A stretch of 64,000 nt of DNA from Candidatus Hadarchaeota archaeon (lineage in GTDB: Archaea > Hadarchaeota > Hadarchaeia > Hadarchaeales > JAGGTB01), in the NCBI GenBank assembly GCA_964384105.1, contig CAYLJV010000001.1, positions 256,001-320,000 on the forward strand, given 5' to 3'. Below are positions 30,390 to 39,450 of this stretch, piece after piece. Both the position numbers and the translations under genes were made by a program. The notes beneath the pieces are model-generated. The model was not told the DNA's origin, did no database searches, and was given only the letters and a program-made list of their open reading frames with translations. Position 1 is the first letter of the stretch. The number at the start of each line of letters is the position of its first letter.

Positions 30390-31184
30390 ATGGGAACTAA
30401 AAAGTTTGGATCACTTGGCGAAAAAGATGTAACTAGGGCAATCTCCAATTCATTCAGAAAAACTTTTGAAGAATATACTGAGAGTGATGTGATAATTGTT
30501 GGCGGTGGACCTAGCGGTTTAATGACGGGGAAGGAACTAGCAGAAAATGGAGTAAAAGTGTTGCTCGTTGAGGCTAATAATTATCTCGGAGGCGGTTTCT
30601 GGCTTGGAGGTTATTTGATGAATAAGGTTACAGTAAGAGAACCCGCTCAAGAGGTATTGGATGACCTGGAGGTGCCTTACGAGAAGGCGAGTAGAAATAT
30701 TTATGTTTCTGATGGCCCACATGCTTGTTCTAAACTCATAGGAGCGGCATGCGATGCAGGTATAGAAATTCTGAATATGACTCGTTTTGAGGACGTTGTT
30801 CTTCGTGAAGGGAACCGAGTCGGGGGAGCTGTAATAAATTGGTCCCCAATAAAATCCTTGCCTAGGGAAATTACGTGTGTTGACCCTGTAGGAATGGAGT
30901 CGAAATTAGTCGTAGATGCGACGGGTCATGATGCGGAGGTTGCAAAGAAAATGGAGGAAAGAGGTTTCTTGGAAACTGTTGGGTATGGAGGGATGTGGGT
31001 TGAAAAATCAGAGGATTTAATTGTAGAACATACAGGGGTAGTTCATCCAGGTCTTGTTGCCACAGGGATGGCAGTGTCTACGACTTATGGACTTCCTAGA
31101 ATGGGACCTACATTTGGTGCTATGTTGCTTTCTGGCAAGAGGGCGGCGAATGTTGTTCAAGAGGAACTTAAAGAATTTAGATAA
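30390..31184 (+). CDS. thi4: Thiazole synthase Thi4 (active-site Cys type)
   Basis: [39 protein letters not shown]. Confidence 0.96.
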   Translation: MGTKKFGSLGEKDVTRAISNSFRKTFEEYTESDVIIVGGGPSGLMTGKELAENGVKVLLVEANNYLGGGFWLGGYLMNKVTVREPAQEVLDDLEVPYEKASRNIYVSDGPHACSKLIGAACDAGIEILNMTRFEDVVLREGNRVGGAVINWSPIKSLPREITCVDPVGMESKLVVDATGHDAEVAKKMEERGFLETVGYGGMWVEKSEDLIVEHTGVVHPGLVATGMAVSTTYGLPRMGPTFGAMLLSGKRAANVVQEELKEFR

Positions 31185-31980
31185 AGATCGGATTAGAATC
31201 CACTTTTATGATGACCCCTCTACTAGACATCTCGATGTTGAAGAATTGTCTAGGTACGTCACTGAGAAGACTTCTTTTAGGAAGCCAGATGTTAGAAGAC
31301 CTCTTGTAGAAGGAAAAAAGATTTCAAAAAATGATTTGGCTCGGAAATTCGCAAAATCGAGAGTAAGGAATCTTGGGAAAACAAAGGAGGATTTTGAACC
31401 ACTTTATGGTGAAATTAGATTCGAGGAGAACCTTATCGAAAATCCAGGTAAGAATATCTCAGGTATTTTGTATGATGGATTTTTGCTGACTAAAATTTTT
31501 CGCGACCTTATTTCTGCGAATGAGCGAAATTATTTTCACATTCATATAATCTTTACAAACCGACTTTTTGGTACGTGGGATGATAATGATCGTAGATATC
31601 ATGCAAGGGTTTCTGTTTATGGATTTCCTACCATTATCTCTACTTCCGGCATTGTTGAGGCTCCCGCGAAACCAAAGGAATTTTACAGAAAAAAAAGGGA
31701 GTTAGCGAGTTTAGGGAATACTAGTGGGGCTATAGATCGAGCTAAAAAGAATTTTGAGGGGAGATTTGTTGAGTATAACGATAATCGATTAATGGAGATT
31801 ATGAAAGGTTATGCTATGCAAGCTGTCTTTTATCATTTAACTTCCAATCCATTTTGCGAAAAGAAATACTGTAGATTATACAATGCACACTGGCAGGAGG
31901 AAGTGCTTAGAGCACAATTAGAATCCCCTGAATTTTGTGAAAGTCATAAAAAAATGATTGAGAATTTGAAAAGTTACTGA
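31150..31980 (+). CDS. DUF6775-like putative metallopeptidase-fold protein
   Basis: [25 protein letters not shown], [17 protein letters not shown]; start uncertain. Confidence 0.65.
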   Translation: MLFKRNLKNLDKDRIRIHFYDDPSTRHLDVEELSRYVTEKTSFRKPDVRRPLVEGKKISKNDLARKFAKSRVRNLGKTKEDFEPLYGEIRFEENLIENPGKNISGILYDGFLLTKIFRDLISANERNYFHIHIIFTNRLFGTWDDNDRRYHARVSVYGFPTIISTSGIVEAPAKPKEFYRKKRELASLGNTSGAIDRAKKNFEGRFVEYNDNRLMEIMKGYAMQAVFYHLTSNPFCEKKYCRLYNAHWQEEVLRAQLESPEFCESHKKMIENLKSY

Positions 31981-32005
31981 GATTTAGACTGTCACGGAAT
32001 TCTTT

Positions 32006-32425
32006 TTAGTAATTTGTTAGCTTGACTTCAACGGGTTGTTCTTCCCATTTGAATGATTTTATCTCAGTTAATCTGCCTTTGTTATCTGTCCCTGCTATTA
32101 TCCATAGTTTTTCTGGCCACAATTCCATGCATTTTCTGTCCAAACTACTTACGAAAGCAGTCAGGTTAGGGTGGGAGTGAAAAAAACCTACCAATTCTTT
32201 GTTTTTTTCATCTCCTATTTCTTCTATGGTCTCTGCTACTAGAATTGGGTCCATTTTAAATGATATGGGTGAATCTAAAACATTCTCAGCTTCGATGGCT
32301 CTTTTTATATCTATTACTTCATTTTGTTTCTTCCCGATCAGTAAAGCACATCCTTCATTCGGGAAATATTTTTTCGAGATTTTTTCTATTTCTTCTCTAA
32401 CCTTTTTTCTCAATTTCGCTTTCAT
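32006..32425 (-). CDS. JAB/MPN+ (JAMM) metalloprotease
   Basis: EGCALLIG and FHSHP...S..D JAMM motif. Confidence 0.92.
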   Translation of the reverse strand: MKAKLRKKVREEIEKISKKYFPNEGCALLIGKKQNEVIDIKRAIEAENVLDSPISFKMDPILVAETIEEIGDEKNKELVGFFHSHPNLTAFVSSLDRKCMELWPEKLWIIAGTDNKGRLTEIKSFKWEEQPVEVKLTNY

Positions 32426-32886
32426 TTTTTTGATTTGTATGCCTTAGCACAGTGTTCGCAACAGAATGGGAGGACTTTTCCGTCTATTTTTTCCCTATAT
32501 ACTCTAGTTTTAGAATTATCTTCCGAATGTCCTTCGAAAATTTTACAACTACAGTGGGCGCATTCGGAAAGCCAGGGATCTAAAATTTCATAAATCAAAT
32601 TGTAAAAACTCTTTAAAACTTCAGAGAATTTCTCTTCTCCTTTTTCGCTGAGTTTATATATCTTTCTGGTTCGGCCCTTAACTTTCTTTTCGCTGGATTT
32701 AACTAGCCCTTCTTTCTCAAGTTCTTCTAAAAGGGGGTATATTTGTCCAGTTGATGGCTCTTTACCTAATCTTTCTTTTACTTCTCTTATTATCTCATAA
32801 CCATGCCTTGGCTTTTGTGATAGTAAAGCTATTGTGTAAAACTTAGTTAGATTTGTAAGAAATTCCCAGGTCTCAGTCATTTTCAT
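32422..32886 (-). CDS. PadR-family regulator with C-terminal TRASH metal-binding domain
   Basis: HGYEII...GQIYPLL..LEKEG...RKIYKL winged HTH; CAHC...FCCEHC TRASH motif. Confidence 0.88.
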   Translation of the reverse strand: MKMTETWEFLTNLTKFYTIALLSQKPRHGYEIIREVKERLGKEPSTGQIYPLLEELEKEGLVKSSEKKVKGRTRKIYKLSEKGEEKFSEVLKSFYNLIYEILDPWLSECAHCSCKIFEGHSEDNSKTRVYREKIDGKVLPFCCEHCAKAYKSKK

Positions 32887-32925
32887 CCTAATCGTAAAGT
32901 TTATTGGCCTATATATTTAAATATG

Positions 32926-32946
32926 ATATATCTAAAAAAGACATAT
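32926..32946. promoter_or_regulatory. Imperfect inverted repeat ATATATCT-N5-AGACATAT, candidate PadR-TRASH operator
   Basis: Lies between TATA-like ATATTTAAATAT and the copA start in the divergent promoter. Confidence 0.4.
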
Positions 32947-32954
32947 GTGGGACC

Positions 32955-35453
32955 ATGGTAGGTGAGAGTAAAAAGAAATTAACTATTAAAATCGGGGGAA
33001 TGACTTGTGTTTCCTGTGCACAAACTGTAGAAAACTCCCTCGAGAGATTGAATGGTATATACAAGGCTAACGTCAACTTTGCTACTGAAAAGTTAATCGT
33101 TGAATATGATCCGGATAAAGTTGAAAAAGAAAAAATATTCAAGACTATAGAAAATTCTGGTTATCAACCGATCGAGGAAGAAAAAACAGGAAAAGGAAAA
33201 GAAGAAATAACTTTCGAAATCACCGACATGACCTGTGCTTCTTGCGCAGACACGGTCCAAAAAGCCCTTTCAAATCTTGAAGGAGTATACACTGCAAATG
33301 TTAACCTAGCGACCGAGAAGGCAAGGGTGGAATACTCCCCCGATCTGGTTTCGATCGAGGAAATGAGAAGAGTAATCGAGGAAGTAGGTTACGGGGTGGA
33401 ATCCGAAGAAAGAGGAGAGCAAGAAGTAGAAGAGGTCGAAAAGGCAAAGAATCGCACTCTTGTCGCTTGGGGAGCCTCAATCCCGATTATCGCTTGGATG
33501 ATCCCGGAGATGATCTTCGGTATTGCCTGGCCTAATCAGATGATCTATAATCTAGGTATGACGTTACTAGCTATTCCCGTTTTATTCTGGGTCGGTCGCC
33601 ACACCTACAAGAGCGCCCTGAAGACCATAAGTCACGGGTCGGCTAACATGGACGTCTTGATTTTCCTCGGATCTTTCGCAGCATTCGTGACTGGTCCTTC
33701 AAGGCTACTATTTTTTCCAGAAATTCTGAATTACGCAGGGGTTGGGGCGATGATAATGGCATTCCACCTCACAGGTAGGTACATCGAAGCAAGGGCAAGA
33801 GGTCGAGCTTCTCAGGCTATCAAAAGGCTGATGGAGTTAGAGGCGGACACGGCGAGGATAATCGAGGACGGCGAAGAAAGGGAGGTTCCCTTGGACCGGG
33901 TCGAGGAAGGAAACCTATTGAAAGTCAGACCTGGTGAAAAGATACCCACCGACGGGGTTGTAGTAGAAGGGGAGAGTTCCGTAGATGAATCCATGGCGAC
34001 TGGAGAGTCCACCCCCGTTCGCAAGGAAAAGGGTGATGAGGTGATAGGGTCTACGGTAAACCAGGATGGGGTGCTCACCGTCGAAGCGACCAAGGTGGGG
34101 AAGGATACCTTCCTATCCAAAGTCATAGAGATGGTCGAAGAAGCCCAGGGGACAAAAGTTCCCATCCAAAGATTCGCTGACAGGATTACAAGCTATTTCG
34201 TTCCTGCTATCATTATAATAACGATCATCACAGTCATACTCTGGTTAATTATACCACAGAAAGTGGATTTTCTTGCTTCCGCTTTTGAAGGAACGCTACC
34301 TTGGATAAACTTATCATTACGTCCGGTCATGCTGGCCATATTCGCGGGCATAGCCACTCTCGTTATAGCTTGCCCCTGCGCTTTAGGTCTTGCTACCCCT
34401 ACGGCTCTTATGGTTGGGAGTGGTAAGGGTGCAGAGAACGGGATACTCATTCGTAAAGGGGAAGCGATCCAGGTCCTCAAGAACATCGATACAATAATTT
34501 TCGATAAAACGGGAACGATGACAGAAGGAAAAATGACCTTAACTGACATTATTGTCGCACCGGGAATTAATGGTAACCCTGAAGACCAAATACTTCAGCT
34601 TGCGGCGACTGCGGAATACAACTCCGAACACCCGATAGGTAGGGCTATCGTAGAAGAAGCCAGGGAAAGAGAAACGGAACTTCGAGAACCTGACGAGTTT
34701 AAAGCGATAGGAGGGAAAGGCGTGAAAATCTCACTAGATAGTAGCGAAGTAATAGTCGGAAATCGGAATTTTTTAGAGGAAGAGGGCATTGACTCATCCC
34801 CAATGGAGGAAGAATTGGAAAAACTGGAGAACGAAGGCAAGACAGCCATACTCATCGGAAAGGACAGAAGACTCTTAGGAGCTGTGGCGGTGGCAGACAC
34901 TCTCAAAGAGGATACCATTCCGACAATAAGCAAACTGAAGGAGATGGGTCTCGAAACAGCGATGATAACCGGCGACAATCCTAGAACCGCGAAGGCCATA
35001 GCTGAAAAGGCGGGAATATCAAGAGTCCTGTCGGAAGTACTCCCTGACGAAAAAGCCGACGAGATTAGAAAACTTCAAGAAAAGGGAAAAAAAGTTGCCA
35101 TGGTTGGGGACGGGATAAACGATGCACCTGCTCTAACTCAATCGAACGTAGGAATAGCAATCGGCACAGGGACCGATATCGCAATCGAATCGGGAGAGAT
35201 AGTTCTGGTTCGTGGGGAACTCTCTGGAGTAGTTAGTGCGGTCGAACTTTCACAGAAGACTTTCGACAAGATTAGACAAAACCTCTGGTGGGCCTTCGGC
35301 TACAACGTCGTAATGATCCCTCTAGCAGTTTTAGGGATAATGCACCCTCTTTTTGCTGAGGCTGCTATGGCTGTAAGTTCTGTTAGTGTAGTAACAAATG
35401 CGAATAGACTCAAAAATGTGGATATTGGCTATGATACATTGAAACGTGAATAG
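32955..35453 (+). CDS. copA: Cu(I)-translocating P1B-type ATPase with two HMA domains
   Basis: MTCVSC and [32 protein letters not shown]...MAVSS. Confidence 0.96.
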   Translation: MVGESKKKLTIKIGGMTCVSCAQTVENSLERLNGIYKANVNFATEKLIVEYDPDKVEKEKIFKTIENSGYQPIEEEKTGKGKEEITFEITDMTCASCADTVQKALSNLEGVYTANVNLATEKARVEYSPDLVSIEEMRRVIEEVGYGVESEERGEQEVEEVEKAKNRTLVAWGASIPIIAWMIPEMIFGIAWPNQMIYNLGMTLLAIPVLFWVGRHTYKSALKTISHGSANMDVLIFLGSFAAFVTGPSRLLFFPEILNYAGVGAMIMAFHLTGRYIEARARGRASQAIKRLMELEADTARIIEDGEEREVPLDRVEEGNLLKVRPGEKIPTDGVVVEGESSVDESMATGESTPVRKEKGDEVIGSTVNQDGVLTVEATKVGKDTFLSKVIEMVEEAQGTKVPIQRFADRITSYFVPAIIIITIITVILWLIIPQKVDFLASAFEGTLPWINLSLRPVMLAIFAGIATLVIACPCALGLATPTALMVGSGKGAENGILIRKGEAIQVLKNIDTIIFDKTGTMTEGKMTLTDIIVAPGINGNPEDQILQLAATAEYNSEHPIGRAIVEEARERETELREPDEFKAIGGKGVKISLDSSEVIVGNRNFLEEEGIDSSPMEEELEKLENEGKTAILIGKDRRLLGAVAVADTLKEDTIPTISKLKEMGLETAMITGDNPRTAKAIAEKAGISRVLSEVLPDEKADEIRKLQEKGKKVAMVGDGINDAPALTQSNVGIAIGTGTDIAIESGEIVLVRGELSGVVSAVELSQKTFDKIRQNLWWAFGYNVVMIPLAVLGIMHPLFAEAAMAVSSVSVVTNANRLKNVDIGYDTLKRE

Positions 35454-35572
35454 TTTATGACTGCTTTAGTATTTTGAGAAACTGAATTTGAATTTTTCTA
35501 GTTAGAGCTTATTATATCTGCTATTTGAATACCATAAATACTAAATCTATTGAGGGGTTAGAATCAACTACA

Positions 35573-35974
35573 ATGAGACCGCCTTGTGAATCAATTGTGA
35601 AGAGGGTTCTGCCGACGGTTAGATCGATCCTGGTTAAAGAACTTAGTGATGAATATGGCCTTAGCCAAAGTGAGATAGCTAATAAGCTTGCTATAACTCA
35701 ACCTGCTGTGAGCCAATATTTAAGCTCTGCTCGGGGGAAGGGAAAGCTTAAAAAGAGCTTAAAAAAGACGGGCTTGTATCCTAAGCTCAAGAAACTTGCT
35801 AAAGAAATCGCCGAAGGCAGTATCAAACGTGAACAAATAGTTAAAAAATACTGTGAAGTCTGTACTTCTATGAGGTCCGAGGAGGTTCTTTGTGCTATTC
35901 ATGCCGAGAATGCACCCTTATTGTCAGAGGAAGAGTGTAAAATTTGTCTTGAAACTAAGGATGAACAGTCCTAG
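35573..35974 (+). CDS. Cys-rich HTH transcriptional regulator (COG2522/ThiR-N-like)
   Basis: MRPPCE, HTH SQSEIANKLAITQPAVSQYL, C-terminal CEVC, LCAIH and CKIC. Confidence 0.85.
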   Translation: MRPPCESIVKRVLPTVRSILVKELSDEYGLSQSEIANKLAITQPAVSQYLSSARGKGKLKKSLKKTGLYPKLKKLAKEIAEGSIKREQIVKKYCEVCTSMRSEEVLCAIHAENAPLLSEEECKICLETKDEQS

Positions 35975-36380
35975 ACAGAACGGATAGCGGATGTCCTTTA
36001 CTTTTAAATTCAAATTCTTTGTACCATCCGAATGGAGCTCTCGAAGAATTAAAATTGGATTTTTTTAATTCAGATTCTAACTTTTCCAGAATTTCGATTG
36101 CGAATTGTGGAGAGGAAAGATTTTCTGAGAGGTGTGCAAAAGGAAAGAGAAAAATATTTTTACTCTTGATTTTTGAAGCCACTTTTTTTATTTCTCTAAG
36201 GGCCTTTTCTACCATTTCGTCTCCAGTGGAGTTTTCATCACTTTTTTCAACCGAAAAAAATACTATAAGAGGATCTTCCATGTCTCTTTCTTTACTGTTT
36301 TCACCTATCTCTTCTGCAATGGGGGTCTTTTGCTTAACTTTGTAGTTTACATAGTCTGCATGAATGAACAACATTCTCAT
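35955..36380 (-). CDS. Stand-alone archaeal ThrRS-type (DTD-like) editing domain
   Basis: MRMLFIHAD, VEKSDE, PFAHLS, RAPFGWYK, KGHPL; 141 aa with no catalytic or anticodon-binding domain. Confidence 0.92.
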   Translation of the reverse strand: MRMLFIHADYVNYKVKQKTPIAEEIGENSKERDMEDPLIVFFSVEKSDENSTGDEMVEKALREIKKVASKIKSKNIFLFPFAHLSENLSSPQFAIEILEKLESELKKSNFNSSRAPFGWYKEFEFKSKGHPLSVLSRTVHP

Positions 36381-36418
36381 TGTTTCCGATTATTGTTATT
36401 ACACTTGGAGATAAAAAT

Positions 36419-36431
36419 ATAACGGCGTTAT
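36419..36431. promoter_or_regulatory. ATAAC-N3-GTTAT palindrome, copy 4 (upstream of the editing-domain gene)
   Basis: ATAACGGCGTTAT next to a minus-strand TATA-like ATTTTTAT. Confidence 0.75.
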
Positions 36432-36437
36432 TAAAGT

Positions 36438-37739
36438 TTAGGCTGCTTTTAGTGCTTGATCGAGATCCTCTTTTATGTCTTCTATATGTTCGATTCCTAC
36501 AGAAAGTCTTATAAAGTCCTCAGTAACACCGCCTTGTTTTCGTTGTTTTGCAGATAATTGGGAGTGTGTTGTTGACCAAGGGTGGATTGCAAGTGATTTT
36601 GCGTCGCCTACATTTGCTAGATGTGAGAACAGTCGAAGATTTTCAATGAATTTTTTTCCTGCTTTAGCTCCTCCTTCAATTCCGAAACCTACTATCCCTC
36701 CGTAACCATTCTTCAGATATTTTTCTGCTAGGTCTTTTGTAGGGTGGTCCTCTAGTCCAGGGTAGATAACCCAGTTAACCTTTGGATGGTCCTTTAGGAA
36801 TTCCACTGTTTTCATTGCGTTCTCTGAATGTCTCTCCATCCTTAGATGTAGTGTTTCCAATCCTTGGAGGAGTAAAAATGCGTTGAAAGGGCTCATACAA
36901 GATCCTATGTCTCGAGTATATCGAGATTTCAATTTGACTATATAAGATAGTTCTTGGAATTCGTTCCAGTAGTTAAGCCCGCCTCTGTATCCTGGATCGG
37001 TTTCAGTTATCTCGGGAAAATTCCCTTTCGACCAGTCGAATTTTCCAGAATCTACAACTAGACCACCGAGGACTGTGCCATGACCTCCGATCCATTTTGT
37101 TGCTGAGTGAGTTATTATGTCGGTGCCCCATTTGAATGGGTTGCATAGATATGGTGTAGCAAAGGTGTTGTCAACGAACAAAGGAATTTGATTTTCGTGA
37201 GCTACTTTGGCCGCCTCTTCTATATCCAGCACGTTTAATTTAGGATTTCCAATAGTTTCACCAAAGATCGCTTTTGTATTCTCATCGATAGATTCGGCGA
37301 ACCCTTCAGGCGTTGGATCAACAAATTCTACGTTTATTCCAAATTTCTTTGGAAATGTCAGATCAAAAAGGGTGATTGTTCCACCGTACAGTGTTTTCGA
37401 GGCCACAATTTTGTCTCCAGAACTGGCTATTGTGATGAGCGCTAGTGTTGTGGCTGCTTGTCCTGATGCGGTTGCTGCTGCGGCTATCCCGCTTTCTAGT
37501 TTTGCTATTCTTTTCTCTAGTGTTTCATAGGTGGGGTTTGTGAACCGACTGTAGATTTGTCCGGGGAATTCGGGAGGTTTTAATGCGAATAAATCTGCGG
37601 CTTGCTTTGTGTCTTTAAAATTATAAGCTACGGTGGGATATATTGGGGGTGCCCTTGCTCTAGTGTGTGGATCTGGTTCTTGTCCCGCATGCAATGTTTC
37701 AGTATCAAACTTAAATTTCTCATTACTCAATTTTTTCAC
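36438..37739 (-). CDS. metY: O-acetylhomoserine sulfhydrylase (MetY/CysD family)
   Basis: [41 protein letters not shown]. Confidence 0.93.
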   Translation of the reverse strand: MKKLSNEKFKFDTETLHAGQEPDPHTRARAPPIYPTVAYNFKDTKQAADLFALKPPEFPGQIYSRFTNPTYETLEKRIAKLESGIAAAATASGQAATTLALITIASSGDKIVASKTLYGGTITLFDLTFPKKFGINVEFVDPTPEGFAESIDENTKAIFGETIGNPKLNVLDIEEAAKVAHENQIPLFVDNTFATPYLCNPFKWGTDIITHSATKWIGGHGTVLGGLVVDSGKFDWSKGNFPEITETDPGYRGGLNYWNEFQELSYIVKLKSRYTRDIGSCMSPFNAFLLLQGLETLHLRMERHSENAMKTVEFLKDHPKVNWVIYPGLEDHPTKDLAEKYLKNGYGGIVGFGIEGGAKAGKKFIENLRLFSHLANVGDAKSLAIHPWSTTHSQLSAKQRKQGGVTEDFIRLSVGIEHIEDIKEDLDQALKAA

Positions 37740-37784
37740 CTCCCAAGAGGATTTTAGGAAAGCCTTCCTGTTTAATGTGATTAG

Positions 37785-37814
37785 TTTAAAGCTTTAAAGG
37801 CATAACGGTGTTAT
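37785..37814. promoter_or_regulatory. Back-to-back TATA boxes (TTTAAAGCTTTAAA) and ATAAC-N3-GTTAT palindrome, copy 5 (metY/iscS divergent region)
   Basis: ATAACGGTGTTAT at 37802-37814. Confidence 0.75.
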
Positions 37815-37829
37815 AAAAGATTGGTATTT

Positions 37830-38987
37830 ATGGAAGTCTATTTGGATAATGGGAATACCACTCCTGTTGATAGACGAGTGGTAGAAGCTATGGAGCCTTA
37901 TTTTACCGAAAAATTTGGACACCCCCTTTTCATCTATTCTCAGGGAAAAGAAGCTAATGAAGCTTTAGAGGATGCTAGTGAGGTTATTGCTGATACAGTC
38001 GGTGCTGGCGGAGATGAAGTTATTTTTACTTCTGGGGCAACGGAAGCTAACGATATTGCATTACGTGGAGTTGCTGGCGCTAGAAAAGACCAAGGAAATC
38101 ATATAATTACTTCCGAAATAGAACACCCTTCCGTTTTGAGAGTATGTGAGGAACTCGAGAGGGTCGGATACGAAGTGGATTATTTGGGAGTTGATGAAGA
38201 AGGATTTGTTGATCTTGATCAGTTAAGGGAACTAATAAAGGATGAGACTATCCTAGTTAGTGTAACCCAAGTTAGTGATGAGATTGGCACTATTGAACCG
38301 CTAAAAAAGATTGGGGAGATCATATCAGAAAGAAATCCTGAAACATATTTTCATACAAATGCCGCTGCTTCTTACGGTCTTGTTCCAATTGATATTAGGG
38401 AAAGTAATATCGATTTAGTCAGTCTAAGTGCTCATAAAATACATGGACCAAAGGGAATTGGTGCATTGATAGCTAGAGATCGGGTAGAATTGGAGCCTAT
38501 TAACTATGGGTATCTTTCCCTCTCGAGGATAAGACCGGGTACTGAAAATGTACCGGGTATTGTAGGATTTCGGAAGGCAGTTGAGCTAGCTTTTGAGGAT
38601 TTTAATTCTAAAGTTGGATTTATCGGAGACTTGAGAGACACTTTGATGAGGGGGATCGAGGATAGTATTCCGGAGGTAGTTATGCATGGCCCAAGTGGTG
38701 AAGAAAGGAGTCCTGCTAACGTGAATTATTCTTTTAAGCATATAGAGGGCGAATCCATTTTACTACATCTCGATGCTAGAGGTATTTCTGTGTCTACCGG
38801 TTCCGCATGTGCTACCCGGAAACTTGAGCCAAGCCATGTACTCCGGGCAATAGAGGTAGATCCAGTAGTTTCCCACGGAGCTATTAGATTTACATTGAGT
38901 AGAATGAATACTGAAGAAGAAATCGATTATACCTTGGAGGTACTTCCAGAAGTTGTTGAGGGATTGAGATCGATGAGCCCTATATAA
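37830..38987 (+). CDS. iscS: Cysteine desulfurase IscS/NifS family
   Basis: YLDN..TT, FTSGATEA, IEHPSV, SAHKIHGPKG, STGSAC. Confidence 0.92.
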   Translation: MEVYLDNGNTTPVDRRVVEAMEPYFTEKFGHPLFIYSQGKEANEALEDASEVIADTVGAGGDEVIFTSGATEANDIALRGVAGARKDQGNHIITSEIEHPSVLRVCEELERVGYEVDYLGVDEEGFVDLDQLRELIKDETILVSVTQVSDEIGTIEPLKKIGEIISERNPETYFHTNAAASYGLVPIDIRESNIDLVSLSAHKIHGPKGIGALIARDRVELEPINYGYLSLSRIRPGTENVPGIVGFRKAVELAFEDFNSKVGFIGDLRDTLMRGIEDSIPEVVMHGPSGEERSPANVNYSFKHIEGESILLHLDARGISVSTGSACATRKLEPSHVLRAIEVDPVVSHGAIRFTLSRMNTEEEIDYTLEVLPEVVEGLRSMSPI

Positions 38988-38999
38988 GTAGGTGGTTGA

Positions 39000-39413
39000 A
39001 TGGGAAAAAACAAAGAAAGCAGATACACTGAGAGAGGCTTTTTGGATTATAGTGATAAAGTTATAGAATTATTCCAAAATCCTAAGAATGTAGGTAGAAT
39101 GGAAAACCCAGATGTAGTTGTCCAGGAGGGAGATCCTACTTGTGGAGATACAATTCAACTCTCTTTAAAATTTAAAGAGGATATTATTGAGGATGCGAAG
39201 TTTCTATCTTTTGGATGTGCTGCAAATATAGCTACGGGTTCCGTGCTTACAGAGGCGATAAAGGGAAAAACGATAGAAGAGGCTAGAGAGATTACTATGA
39301 AAGATTTAGAAGATGAATTAGGGGGTTTACCCCCAGTCAAAATACACTGCGCTAAATTGGCAACTCGGGTTTTAGAGCGTGCTTTGAAGGAAGCATTGAA
39401 TGAATATATTTGA
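39000..39413 (+). CDS. iscU: Fe-S scaffold IscU/NifU-N
   Basis: NPKNVG, CGD, FGCAA, LPPVKIHC. Confidence 0.95.
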   Translation: MGKNKESRYTERGFLDYSDKVIELFQNPKNVGRMENPDVVVQEGDPTCGDTIQLSLKFKEDIIEDAKFLSFGCAANIATGSVLTEAIKGKTIEEAREITMKDLEDELGGLPPVKIHCAKLATRVLERALKEALNEYI

Positions 39414-39450
39414 CAGAGTGTTGTCAGATAATATTCTTTAGGGAGTATTC

